Source of the DNA: Felis catus
Taxonomy: Eukaryota
NCBI RefSeq assembly: GCF_018350175.1
Contig: NC_058368.1
Coordinates: 3,968,001-4,032,000 of the forward strand
Length of the DNA: 64,000 nt
Direction: 5' to 3'
Each line of letters opens with the position of its first letter. Position 1 is the first letter of the stretch. Positions 24,301-37,549 of the stretch are shown piece by piece. Made by a program: the position numbers and the translations under genes. The notes under the pieces are model-generated. The model worked only from the letters and a program-made list of their open reading frames with translations. It searched no databases and had not been told where the DNA came from.

Positions 24301-27300
24301 ATTCAGTTATCATACCTGAATATCCCCAGAGTAGTTGTTGTGCTAGAATACAATTAAATCCGATCTTAGAAAATGCCAGAATTGTCACAATTTCACATGA
24401 CGGCTACAGAAATTATTCTATATCTTAAGATAACACTGTCTATGGAATCTTACACAACATATGTAAAAGAAAAGCCATACACACAAGTCCAAATATAGCA
24501 GAATATACATTTAAGATTTAAAAATGTATTTCAATGCAAACTAAATCCAAACTACATAAAGGTGGCGAATCTTAGTTTAGAAAGAGAGCAAAGACAAGAG
24601 CGGTAGGAACTCTGTATGTATAAATTACATTTCAACCACATAAGTAAAGTCATTTGATAAGCTCCCAATGTGCTTTTGTACAGATGACCATCATGTGACA
24701 TTCAGATATACTAGGTAAGAATTAAGAAAGGGAAGACATGTGATTTGTGGAGCAAATCACTCCATAAACTGGGGTGTCTCTACAAAGTAGGTGCACGAGT
24801 TTTGGAGTATCTCTATGAAGTAAATAGAATTCTGACTCCACGATAAAGTAAGGGAGGCTTTATCATACGTTTTCACCGTTTGCCTATGGTAACCATAAAT
24901 AATTTCAAACTTCAAAGAGCTGCTCCATGGCCATCTAAGCCATGATCAAGTACAACTCCACAGCTCTGTAGATGTGTGCATATTTGGGTACCTTAGGCTA
25001 CACTTGGCAGCTAACACAGAGACCACGCTCTTACCAACGGAAGTTAAGCTCTCCTAACCTGAATACCCTTCCAATTACATGAGACGCAATACTGACTGTT
25101 AGAGATGGAGAAAAAAACAAGACCTCGCGCCACGTCTCACAGTCTAATGGGGAAGGCGGGCCTTAGACATGATTATAAACGATTAAGCAGGTACGCGGGT
25201 ATGGGTACGAGTGATACGAGGAGCTCCGTGCTCCATGGGGACACGCGGGCCATGAGACAGACGAACACGAGGGAGCCAGATGGGGGGGGCAGAGGAAACC
25301 AGGTGTGCACCTAAGGGAAGACAAGGACAGGCTGTCTGCCAAATATGAGAAACATCAAGGGAGACAATCAAGGAGACTATTACAAATAATCACAGTCGGG
25401 GCGCCTGGGTGGCGCAGTCGGTTAAGCGTCCGACTTCAGCCAGGTCACGATCTCGCGGTCCGGGAGTTCGAGCCCCGCGTCAGGCTCTGGGCTGATGGCT
25501 CGGAGCCTGGAGCCTGTTTCCGATTCTGTGTCTCCCTCTCTCTCTGCCCCTCCCCCGTTCATGCTCTGGCTCTCTCTGTCCCAAAAATAAATAAACGTTG
25601 AAAAAAAAATTTTTTTTAAATAATCACAGTGCCAGCCAACACTGATATAACCTTTCCATGTACCAGGAATCTTTAGAACACCCAGAAAATGGAACCACAT
25701 AATGCAGGGCCTCATCAGAAACGTTAAGAATTTTGGCCTTTGTTCAAAGGCAAAAGGCAGAAGCCTTTGAAAGATTTTCAGATAAGAAGTGGGAAAAACT
25801 TCAGAAAGATCATCGTAGCCGTACTGTTGCTGTATTAACTAGAGAGGCAAGGCCGGACGTGGGGAGACTTTGAGGTCATGCCGTATTCCAGGTGAAACAT
25901 AACGGTGGCCAGAAGGAGGGTGAGGTGGGGTTGGGAGGCGTCCTAAGACAGGGCCCTTCTGTCCAAAAGGCAGCTGTGAAAGTAGGAACCTAGAGCATCC
26001 TCACGGCACAAATCCTGCACCAAAATCTTTGGAATACTGCTGATCTATGTATCTGAGGTTGGCACCTGAAATTGCTTCTTCTGAAAAGTTCTGCATATAT
26101 ATATATACGTGTATACATATGGATATATTTGTGTGTGTATATGTATACACATATATGTATATGCATATACATACATACATACAGGACTGTCTCCACAATG
26201 AACTGTAAATCATTGCAAAGTAGTGTCAACGTGGACCAGGGGAATACACAGCCCCTCCAGACACAACGTCTGCAGTCTGTCCCCTGAACGTCTGAGAGGG
26301 AACACGGGGCCAGCTCTTCCGTGAGGTCCCCCACCCACCCCGACCTGCCACACCCTGCTTGCACCGACTCTGCTCTCAGTGTTTGACACATGACCCGTCA
26401 CACTAACTGGCAGGGTTATTTGCACTGCTGTCCCCACTGGGTTGTGAGCTCCTTCCCTTCTACTCTTCTTTCTGTTGCTTCCGTTCAGCATGATGCCTGG
26501 TACCCAGGGGGAAATTCAGACAAATGGTTACTGGGAGTCTTTGGTCATGGAACGGAGCAAGGCAGGAGGCCATATGTAATAAGCAAGTATGAAAGTATTT
26601 TAAATAAATAGGATCCTGCTGCTAACCTAACAGGCTTTCCTGCCATTTGTCTGATTTAACTGCTTTTTTCCTCCTGATGTCCTCCAAAATCCATCTATCC
26701 GCTCTTCTAACTACTCTCTAAATTCTGACAGTCAAGCGTTTACTCGAGCAACGTAACACTCAAACGACTCCAATGAACACGACAATATACGGAGAGCAAG
26801 TGAGAGGACAGAAGATGCTCCTTTGAGGAGGAAGTACTAAACCACGGGCACGACCCCAGGGATTCCTCTGCCGCTTCATCTTCGCGCTCCTGCCTGCTGC
26901 AACACCATCCCCAGCCCCGCATACGGAAGCGTGAACGTGTCCAAGCAGGCTTGTCAAACGGGCACTGCGAGTAAGAAACAAAATAAGGGATCGTCCCTGC
27001 TCTCAGGGATTTTCTAGCCCAGCACGGCAAAGTTAGGACTGTGAGAAGGCCAGGGGGACTAAAGGGACCACGTCCTGAGCTCCCCGAGCAGAGGAGGGGC
27101 ATCTACCCCCGCTGAGCAGGGCAGGGCACGCAAGGGGCGGCCTGTTGGAGACACGTGTGGGCTGAAGAGTAGGCGACGAACACAAGCCAGCGGGGCAGGT
27201 ACAGGACAGGGAGGGTGTTCCAGGCAAAGGGAACGCGGTGCACAAAACCACAGACAAGACAAAACTTTCACTGGGGTAAAAGCAATTACCGAGCGGCCGC

Positions 27301-30300
27301 CGTGACGCGGCTCTACGTGCTACGCGGCGGTGGCAAGTGTCACAGGGCACAGGGCCCTGCGCTCGCCGAGCCTCTCAACCTACAAGTGCTTATGACGGCG
27401 AGAACAGAAGGGGGACACTGCGGGAACCAAGGCAGGAGATGGCGAGGTCCCCACCACAGAAAGCCCTGTCGCCCGCACGAACCACACCAGGTCGGCTCGG
27501 GAGGAAGCGGCGTCCACTGGGGATCCCGAGCAGGGGAGGGGTGCGTTCGGTGAAGAGCAAGCCCGGGAGCGAGGGGCTCTGTGAAAAGCCGCCTCGGCTA
27601 CCACGGTGGCAGCACAGGAGGAGGAAGCCCGACGGACAGAACCGGGAAGCAGGGGCAACGGATCTGGGGGAGGAGGACTCGAGTCGTGAAAATGTTGATT
27701 TCGAGACACTTGCAGACCTCCGAGTCCAACGCGGCAACGGCGGCCGTTCCGCCGGTACTCACGACGTGCCCGGGACGGTGCTGAACCGTGTGCACCGCGG
27801 ACACGTCACGCCGCGGTCACAGTCATGACTCCTGTGAGTGAACAGCACGGCAGAGCTCTTCTCGAACGAGCCCTGCCGCGGCACCGCAAACGGGACAAAG
27901 TCCAGGTAGTACGTTGTGACTGCCCACCTTCCCTGACCCACCCCGTGTTCGCCTGCCATTAACCTCGAAATAAAGCCATCTTGCATCGGGTATCGCTGAA
28001 TCTTGAGGGCCTCAGCTACGCCCTCGTGGAAGGATGTAACTGTATTACCAAGTTACTGATCAGGAAACACAGGCTAAGTTGTTCAAAGTCACACAACGGA
28101 GGAGGCAGGAGTGAGCCCAGATCTGCGTGACTCCCAAGTCCTGACACATAACCGCTACGCCACACTGTCCCTCCTGGGACTGGGATGGTAACTGGAGATC
28201 AGCGGCTCTTACACACACCTGGCAGTGGGGGCCCGGGGCCACCTCACTCAAGGACAGCGAGGAGCAAAACAGAAGAGCGCAGAGGCGCCTGGGTGGCTCA
28301 GCTGGTTAACTGTCTGACTCTCGATCTCGGCTCAGGTCATGATCTTTCAGTTCGTGAGCTCGAGCCCCGCATCTGGCTCTGTGCTGATAGCTCAGAGTCC
28401 GCTTGCGCTCGCTCTCTCTCTCCCTCTCAAAATAAGTAAACTTGAACAAAAAAAGTTAGCGCTGAGAAGAGCTCCTGAGCTGGCCCAGATGCGGTGGATA
28501 AACTCAGGTACAGAATTCACAAAGAATTCTGGGAAGCAGGCATAAGAACAAGGACACAGAAAGAGAATGGTGTCATAAAAGCCAAGGAGTTCAAAGAGGG
28601 TGTGAGCAACAGCATCGAAGCTTCAGGGAGATGAGGGAAAAGTGACAAAAAGTCCACCGGATTTAACAAAAAAAAAGTCATTAATGGGTGACCTCGGCCC
28701 GGCAATTTTATCAGAATGCTAGCAGAAGCAAATGTTCATCTGCAGTGATAATGGATGATAAGGAGGTACAGACTTGATAAGCACGCCCCACTCGCTCTAG
28801 AAACTGGACCGGGACAGACTGCAAGAAAGGAAATCAAAGTCAGGCTTTGTTCTGTTTTCCTCAAGAAGGAAGAGACTGGAACACGTCCACAGCTAACAGT
28901 AAAGGGGCAGTCGCAGCAAAGAGTGAAAACACAAGCAGTAACTTAACGTTTAGCTCCGGATTCTAGACGTGATACAAGTAAAACTATCAACTAATGAGAC
29001 AGATTTTACTTGAGCTATGAAATCAGAGAAGTACCCACAGCAGACAAAAAACCCTGATGTTTTAATTCTATGCCCAGAACTTCCAAAAACGGGCAACGGA
29101 TGGTTACTGAGAGTCCAGTTCCTGGTTCACAGCTTTAGATCCTGATGGTAACAGCACTGCACACTCATGGAACTTGACTCCTGGAACTTGGACTCATCTT
29201 TAGTCTGCCACCCCCATCCCAATTCCCTTCCCTTGTATTTCAATAAATACGTGTATGATCGGTAGCAACTTGTCCTTTACTCATTATCCTCAAAAACACC
29301 ATATACTGTAAAAGACACATCACAAAGAATATGCTTTATACCCTTAACCAATGGGACGAATCCAGAATTTTTCAGGCCAATATCCAACTTCGAAAAAGTT
29401 CAGGCAACAGTTCCCTAATGGAAAAGATGCTGGTGGAAGTTGAAAGGTGACATTAAACTGAGAACCATGGTGATTTTGCCCCCCAAGCCCTTCTGTCTTT
29501 TCCTAAAAAGAATTCTCAATATAAAGGACACCCATCCTTTGCCAAGACCTCAGGAGCCCCCTTTCCTGACCCTTCCATCTGTCTGCAGTCCCCAGAGCTG
29601 ACAACACACAGCTGCACACAACTCGGGAGGGCAGGGCGGTATGGGTGACATAAGGCTGGCAGGTGCGAGACCTGAGCTCTGGGCACACGGGAGCTCCTGA
29701 CCTTGAACCGAACCTCTCTCTCCTTCCTCTGTGCAATCCAACCGACCACAGCTGCGCCCACTACTACACAGGCTATGAGATAGGAGATGGGGGGGGGGGG
29801 CGGTGGGGCAGGGGAGGGGTCACGTGACAAAGGAACTGGGAAAGCATTAAAAAGTTGTGTAAGAAATTACCATAAAGGTACACCACCCGACCGTGACAGG
29901 AGAGGTTCTGAAATACGATACCTGCCACCTTTTGATTCTTTTAGATGTCAGAGTGTAGCACTGAAACACCTTAAAATATAACAATTACAACAGGCTGAAC
30001 CATCTGAAATCATGACTTACAGATCTAGAGTGGGGAACTCCGGGCAATTTCATATTGGTACAACTTCATAGAGAACTTTTAAAAACTTTGTATTTTTAAA
30101 AATAGGTTTATGTAAAAAAAAAACTTTATATTTTTAAAAACAGGCTTATATATAAAAAAAGAAACTAAACAATTAATACCTCGGGTTTGGGCAGCTTCCT
30201 TTAAAGCAGCTATAAGATGAGGCTTCAGGCTATCCAAAATGAACCTTCCTTCAAGACCTGGGAAAAGGGACCTAAAACGTGAAAGGAACACAGCAGTGAT

Positions 30301-33300
30301 AACCTTCTAACATAACAACTACAACATATTCATTTATTATGTCATTTCAAGGCAGTTAAATGTGCTAGCTTGCATAAATCACACTGCCCGCGGTGTGATC
30401 ACACGGCAATACCTTTTGAGCAAATCTTAGCCAGGCTTCACTAACTTAAAATGTCGGCAGGCACCAAACCCAAGTCCAGAGGGGTCTAAACATCTCAGAA
30501 TTCATTTTGTTTTCTGAAATGTCACACACACGCTCAGGTAGTTGACTTCATGTACTGTTCCCATTCAATCGAAATTGCCTCCAAACAATTCATCGCTAAC
30601 TCCCCTTACTTCGTTATTCCTAGCACTTTAGGACCATGGCTTTCAGTGGCCCGCGCCTGCCACTCCGGAGAGCAGCAGCAGCTCGGGACACCCTCCGGCG
30701 GGCCCAGCCCCCAACGCTTTTGCACTTCAGCGGGTGCAAAGGGACCCTCCCGCGGGTGCAAAGGGACCCTCCGGCACGTTAACAAATGCTTCCGCCAGAC
30801 GGCCCCTGACCGCCGCCTCCCCGCCCCCCACGCGGCCGACAGGTGGATTCCCACTAAAGGGGTCTGGGAGTCGAGGTGGGCAGGGGCGGGGCCGTACCTG
30901 GGATAGTCCTCTGAGGTAATGTAAATAACATCTTGATCTGATACAGATGACGAGAAGGGCACAAAGTTCCCGTTCTGCACGGGCAGCAGCTCCAGCCCCA
31001 GCAGCTCGCTGTAGGCCTGGTCGGAGAGCACGAACTCCAGGAGGTGGAGCTTCTCCCGGGCCCCGCCCGCGGGCGCGCTCTTCCGCAGCACCTGCCGCAC
31101 CCACGCGGGCGTCACCTTGCGCACCGGCTTCGCGGGGGAGGCGGCCAGCTGCACGGCGGCCGCCAGGTTGGCCGGGACCTTGACGATGTGCTTCCCTGAG
31201 CTCTGGAGGTAGTTGAGCACGGCGGCGGTGCACTCCGCACTCTCGTCCAGCTCTGAGAAGTACGCCTGCTCCAGCCGGACCCACTGGTTGCTCGCGGAGT
31301 ACAGGACCGCGTTCTGGAACAGCTCGTTGAACAGAGGCTCTAACACGGGCTGCCAGTGCACCTTGACCTTGCCGGCGTCGGGCCAAAGCCTGTAGATGAG
31401 GTCCGCCGACAGGGGGAAATCGGCGCTCCTCTCCGTCTCCAGGCGCTTGATGGAATCTAGGATGAGAGTCGCGTAGGCTTTGGGGACGACGTTCACGACC
31501 AGAAACTCGTTCCACAAGGCCGCCGGGTCTCTCCACTGGTCCAGCTCCCGCCACTTGATGCTTCGGCGATTGTCGGTCAGGCCAAAGAACCCGCTGATGT
31601 GAACGGGGAGGCCCGTTTTGCTCTCCTCACCCGGCGGTAAAGGAAGAAAACAGAAGGCTTTTCCTGAGAGATCAGCTGTGGCTCCTTCTTCGTCACCATC
31701 TCTCGATAAAGACATGGCTATTCCAATGATGGGGACAAACTTCAACTCGTCAGCCAAAGAATCAAGCTTCCCGCTGATCCCTCGCCCGCCCACACTGTTA
31801 CACACCAGCCACGACGTTTTCTGGGCGTCCTTCCTATCCTCATCTTCTACAACTATATTTATATGATACGTGACACAGGTGATGCTGTTGCTTGGGACCT
31901 TCTTACAATAGTTGCTTATGGCAGTCTCCAGGATCTTTACAGAATTCGGCCGCTCGTGTCTCAGGGCCTGATTCTCGCTCGCAGTCACTCTGAACACCAG
32001 TTTCTCGGTTCCGTCGGCCTCTCGGACGTGTAAGGAGACGTCCTGCACGCTTTTCAGGAAGAGCAACACCGTGTCGGCGTCTGCCCTGAAAGAGTCGAAC
32101 AGCTCGAGAACTTTCTGCTTATTGTACAGGTTACTGCTAAGCTGTGAAGGCTGGAGGCGAAGGGGGAAACGGAAAAATGTTCCCGGAAAATTGGCATTTA
32201 CAAACGTTTCCTTGGTGCTTCCAAAAATGCCGATAAATGGCGCAAACTGGTCTGAAAGTTCACTCATTTCTTTGCTGTCGTCTTTGAGATTCCAACACTG
32301 GCCTGATTCGTGGGGACCAAAAAGCGTCTGATGAGGATCTAACATCCCAATCTGGTCACCACTAAAGATACAGGGAACATCTGTAAAGAAAAATTCGACA
32401 CTCATGAACAACTCTGAAATTTGATAGACAATTATAATTACAATCAGACTGACTATCAAAGCATTACGTGTGGAAGAGCACAAACCATAAAGAGACTCTA
32501 ATGCGGATTTGTCTAAAAACAAACTAAATTTAGCTTCAGAAATTTAATTTCTCTGAGCATGAAACATAATGGTTTCTCTTTTGATTCCGTAAGTATCAGG
32601 CAGGGAAACTTCTAATGATTACTGAGAAAATGTAAGATGTATCTTCAGACACCCGTTAAACGAGATATGCAACGACTACCTGGGTATTTATGCTCAGTCT
32701 CCGCAGCCGCATGAACCCAATTATGCAAAACGCAACTTCATCCCAGGCTCGCAATAAAAATTTCAACCGCAGATTCTCTGAAAAGCGGGGGAGAGAAAGC
32801 ACAGCACAGCGACTGCCCGCCATGCTCCTCAGAGAGCAAAGGCCCCCGAGTGAGTCTGCAGTGAGCCCCGGGTTCGCCTCCACCCCCGGCCGCTCACACT
32901 GAGCGCATCTCAGAACCACGCAGAACCCAAGTGCGGTGCTGCAGGAGGCGCACTGCGGGCACAGCGTGGCTCATAAAACCGCTACCAGCTGCTTCGCCTG
33001 TTTCTCAACCAAAGACGGAATGACACTTAGACACTGGCAAAACGACTAGAATGTCAGATGCTCCGTACCTACAGAAATTCTTCACCACGGTGCCCCTGTA
33101 AGGACTCCGTGAGAGTGATTTCGACACGTTTTTCCGCACATGCTGACGTTAGCACCTAACCTTCAGGCAAGACACACCTTCAGTATCAACGGTCACCAAC
33201 AGCAGGCTGAGCCGTCACCGACACTGACTCCTAAGCTCTCAGGTATTTTAAGTATGAAATGTGACGTCCCCCAACCCAGCCACTAAATCGATCAACAACG

Positions 33301-36300
33301 TGGTCGGATGGCACTCTTGTCTGTGCTCCCTTTACACCGTGTCCACACTCCCGTCACTTAAATTATGTCAGGGAGACTCCTGACAGTTATAAAGCATGAT
33401 GCCGGACCTTTGCAAATCCTGTGTTTAGAGAATAACACTCCAGTTAACAATGTCCCACATAAACGTGCTCATTCTCAAACAGGGAACAAATCCACAGCAT
33501 TTGCTGGCAGTCAGCCAGACTCTCTGACTAAACAATTCATTCCTGTACAACAGTCTCCACACTCATGCAATTCACGTCGGTGCCCCCATAAAATTTTAAA
33601 ACTTCCATATGTCAGGGACCTACGGGGTACCACGCAAATGGCTGAACACGTGATCTTCGCATTCGTGTATAATGGTTATATAATGCTGTGATATATGATT
33701 TAGTGTATTATTTACTTACAATACTATATAATAATATAAATGCAATTTAAAAAACAGGCTTAGTAAAATTGGGCTATATAGTGAGTGTGACCCTATGTCC
33801 CCCCACCTGCCAAGGGTAGTCCCAATTCAGGCCAGCTGGCCAGCTGTTTGGGAACAATACCACCCTCTTGCACTCCGACCAGTGTCCCAATGTGAACAAT
33901 GAATTATATGGTCACCCTAGCTATAGCTATAGCCCTGCCAGCTCCATCCTTCCTTCTCTTTCAAGTTCAAAACGCAAACAGAGTTTTGAAACTAAGGTGC
34001 CAATTACATTAAAAACAAAAACCTTTTACCACAAACTACAGTAAATACCGAGAGCTTTGACTCTGGAAACATAGTCATCCATTCTTAGAGATGTCTATAC
34101 CACAAGTTCCAAGTATTTCCTGCTCTAACTATGAACCAGAACCCTCATATTCTTTCTAGATTCAACACATGATTTCAAAGTAATCTTTAAAATACTTCGG
34201 AGCTGGGGGCGCCTGAGTGGCTCAGTCGGTTAAGCGTCTGACTTCGGCTCGGGTCACGATCTTGCAGTTCTTGGGTTCGAGCTGGTTCGAACCGAGTTCT
34301 TGCGGTTCATCGGGCTCTGTGCTGACGGCTCGGAGCCAGGCTGCTTCAGATTCTGGGTCTCCCTCTCTCCCCACCCCTCCCCCACTCACACTCCATCTCT
34401 CTCAAAAATAAATATTTAAAAAAGTGCTTTAAAAAAATAAATAGAACAAATTAAAATACTCAGAAGTTTGAGAAGAGCAAAAATTTTATGAGGAAAATGT
34501 AGAGAAGCCAGAATCAAAGATCTTCACTTTGGCCGTCATCAATACTGCTGGGTATTACACTTTCGTCTTTAGTCGCTTGATATTTCAAAATGTGTACAAG
34601 AAAATCTATCAAAATCAGTTGGTCTCAGAGGTTCAGTGTGAAAATTCTGAGAGTAACAATTTGTGTGGGCATTTCAAGGGCTACATTTCAAACCTCACGT
34701 GAAGTGACTTAATAGATACTATCACACCGATCCCACTGGACTGTGAGGATATTAACTTTTGGCATCACATGGTGACGCTTCGGTGTGGCTACCGTGGCAA
34801 CTTTAGAAAACCCAAGACACGCTGATAGTTCACTGGCATACTTCTCGCCGCTGCCAGAGAATTCGGGAGATGCCTCTGAAACCGGTTTCATCTGGAAACG
34901 ATGCCTTTAAAACAGTATCATCTCCAAAGTGAACCAAATAAATTACAAAACATAGGTGAAAATACTTGGCACTGGTGTGACAGAAAAGGCGAATACTCTA
35001 CCTGTTATATGGTAGACAGAATTAAACCCGATCCCGAATCTTCCCACCTTCAGAGGGTCGTCCTTCTTCCTGCTCCTTGCGATCTCCTGAATGCCATGCC
35101 AGTCCTCGGGGGTGAATACTGCATTGTTGTACACGTAGAGAGCCGGCCCTGCGGGGGAAATGCACGTGCAGGCGTTCAGAGAGAAGTAAGCCAGAGCGTT
35201 CGGCCCTCTTCCAGGAGCTTCCTCTACATAAAACCGCTTACTTGATGGCAAAAATGGAAAAAAGTGAAGGGAATGACTGGATTCTGCACCGTAATTCCAA
35301 CGCTCACGGTAAAAACAAAAACATAAGCTAACAGCAAAAATTATTAGCAGAACAAAACATTATGGCTGGTCAAGAGCCCAAAAAGGAAAAATTAAGGGTG
35401 TTATGATACTTAGACATCCGAACCACAGGGCACACAAGGAAATTAATCAGAGTACACTATTACTGTGCAACATTCCTTCCTAAATAGCATGTTTAAATTT
35501 TTGTTTTGTAAATGCGATAGCCTGTACATGTACGGGAGGCCTTGCTATCTACGACAACCTTGTTCATATATTATTTCGTAAGGAGGAAAATAATCCTTCA
35601 GTCATGTTAATAATCACCTTGTTTGTTTTTGTTTCCATCAGCCTTTGGATTTTTCTATTCAAGGCATTACTTGTCTAACTACTGTAATCATTAATGTGAC
35701 AAATTTTAAAATCAGCACCTCAGAATAATGCTACCCTGTCTCTAAAGTAGTTCCTTTAAAAAGTTCTCAAAATATTTGAATTTATAATCTGGATTTATAA
35801 TTCAACATATTTTGGGGGCATCACTTTTTGAAACTTCTCTTCAGAATCTCTAACATTGTTTGAGTATGTTCAACTATAGTAATTCATCATATTTAAAAAT
35901 AATTAACATTTTTCTTTTAAAAAGCTACTGAAGTAAACACCCACAGTAAAGTACAAAGACCTTACATGTGTGGCCTGGATGAACTCTGACAAAGTGAATA
36001 AGCCTGTGAAGCCTCCAACTAAATACAGAGAACATTCCAGCACCCCCCAGAAGCCTCTCCACGCGCACCTATAAATTCCAGCTCCCATACGGGGATGGTT
36101 GGCCATTGTTCGCGTTACAAAAACGGCCTGACGGCTGTGTGCAAACCAGTCCAAGAAGGGAGATGAGAGTTCCCAAGCTTGTCTGAGGAGGAGAAGCCCA
36201 CGGCGGGTGAAGGGGACTCTGGGGCCAGGGGAGCTGGACGTCAGACCCGGATCCACCACTGCCAACTGAATCACTTCAGGCAAACTAAGGCCACTCAGGC

Positions 36301-37501
36301 TCAGTTTCCTCGTCAGTAAAATACGGATGAGAACAGCACCGCACTCGCAGATGAGATCATACAAATGAAGGCCCCGGCCCAACAACTACCACAGAGGAAT
36401 CACCTACACAGTCAGATGTTGCTGCTGGCACGTACAAGCATCGGCGACTAACCAAATAACCGTTACAGGGATCTATAAAATCAGTACCGTACCACCCAAG
36501 AGCTAACGACAGCTGGTTTAGAATGGCATCCAGTGGGCAATGTCTGGTTCTGCCTCCCCCAAATCTCCGTGAAACATACCTCTGGAGACACAGAAACGGG
36601 GACCACAAAAACTGACCACACAGAACACGAGGACCGGGAGCGAGGCTCTTGCCAGAATCCAGAAAGAACCTGCGTAACTAGCAGGTCTACGGAGGGGAAT
36701 TAGGAACCCAGCGGGAACACATCAGGTCACAGCGCCAGGAAGGAGGCACAGCGGGCCAGCCTGCAGGAAGACCCGCCTTCCTCCGTGCCAGCAGCCAGAA
36801 AATCCCTTGCTGCCCAGCTGCTCTTACAAGACATTTGTCAAGTTACCAAATAACAGATGCACGTTCTTACGAATCCAAGCGGAGTGCTTCACGGGAAAAG
36901 GAATTTCCTCCTCACATCCTCGATCTTCAGGGTTTACTGACACATCAGAACTGTTCCGATGCTATACATCCACAGGTGACAGACCCCCTGCACGTGGAAC
37001 CGCCCTTACTCACTGGCTTCTGGAACATTCCTTCCACGAGGGCCAGTCGGTGTCTGAACGGGGTGGTGCGCAGAGGAGCGCCCCCACCCCACCCCGCACA
37101 GGCAGCAGAGAACTGGGTGAGTCAGCTAGACGCATCGGTCCTCACGGGCCTCCACACCCAGCAGGTATCACCCAGTTCTTTTTTCATGGTTTCGATCGAG
37201 GTGTTATCTGATCATACGCCTCCGGGACTCAGGAGGAAACTGTATGTATTCCACCTCTGTGTTCATCTTGAATCTCACCGAATCTCTGCCTCCATCGTGC
37301 AGATCAATTTTAAAATACCCCAATCTACCCTGATCAAAAGAACATCTCCTGGTTCTGAGAGTGAGATAACAAAACAATAAACCTCTTGAGAGAGAGAATT
37401 TTCTCTAACAAAAGTTGCAGTTATCTGGGAAGGAAAGGTTAGCAGCAGGCCTGCAATCTACTTTCTCCTTTTAAAAGGGAATATGGAGGTTGGGGGGGGG
37501 G

Positions 37502-37549
<48 letters not shown>

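Noticed and set aside
30727..31554. 275-aa alternative-frame ORF overlapping exon 8
   Set aside because: The GC-rich tract depletes stop codons, and the product is low-complexity Ala/Gly/Arg with no recognisable domain.
30606..32522. 638-aa ORF as a stand-alone gene
   Set aside because: It is SACS exon 8 plus open intronic flanks. Sacsin similarity stops exactly at the splice sites 32380 and 30898.
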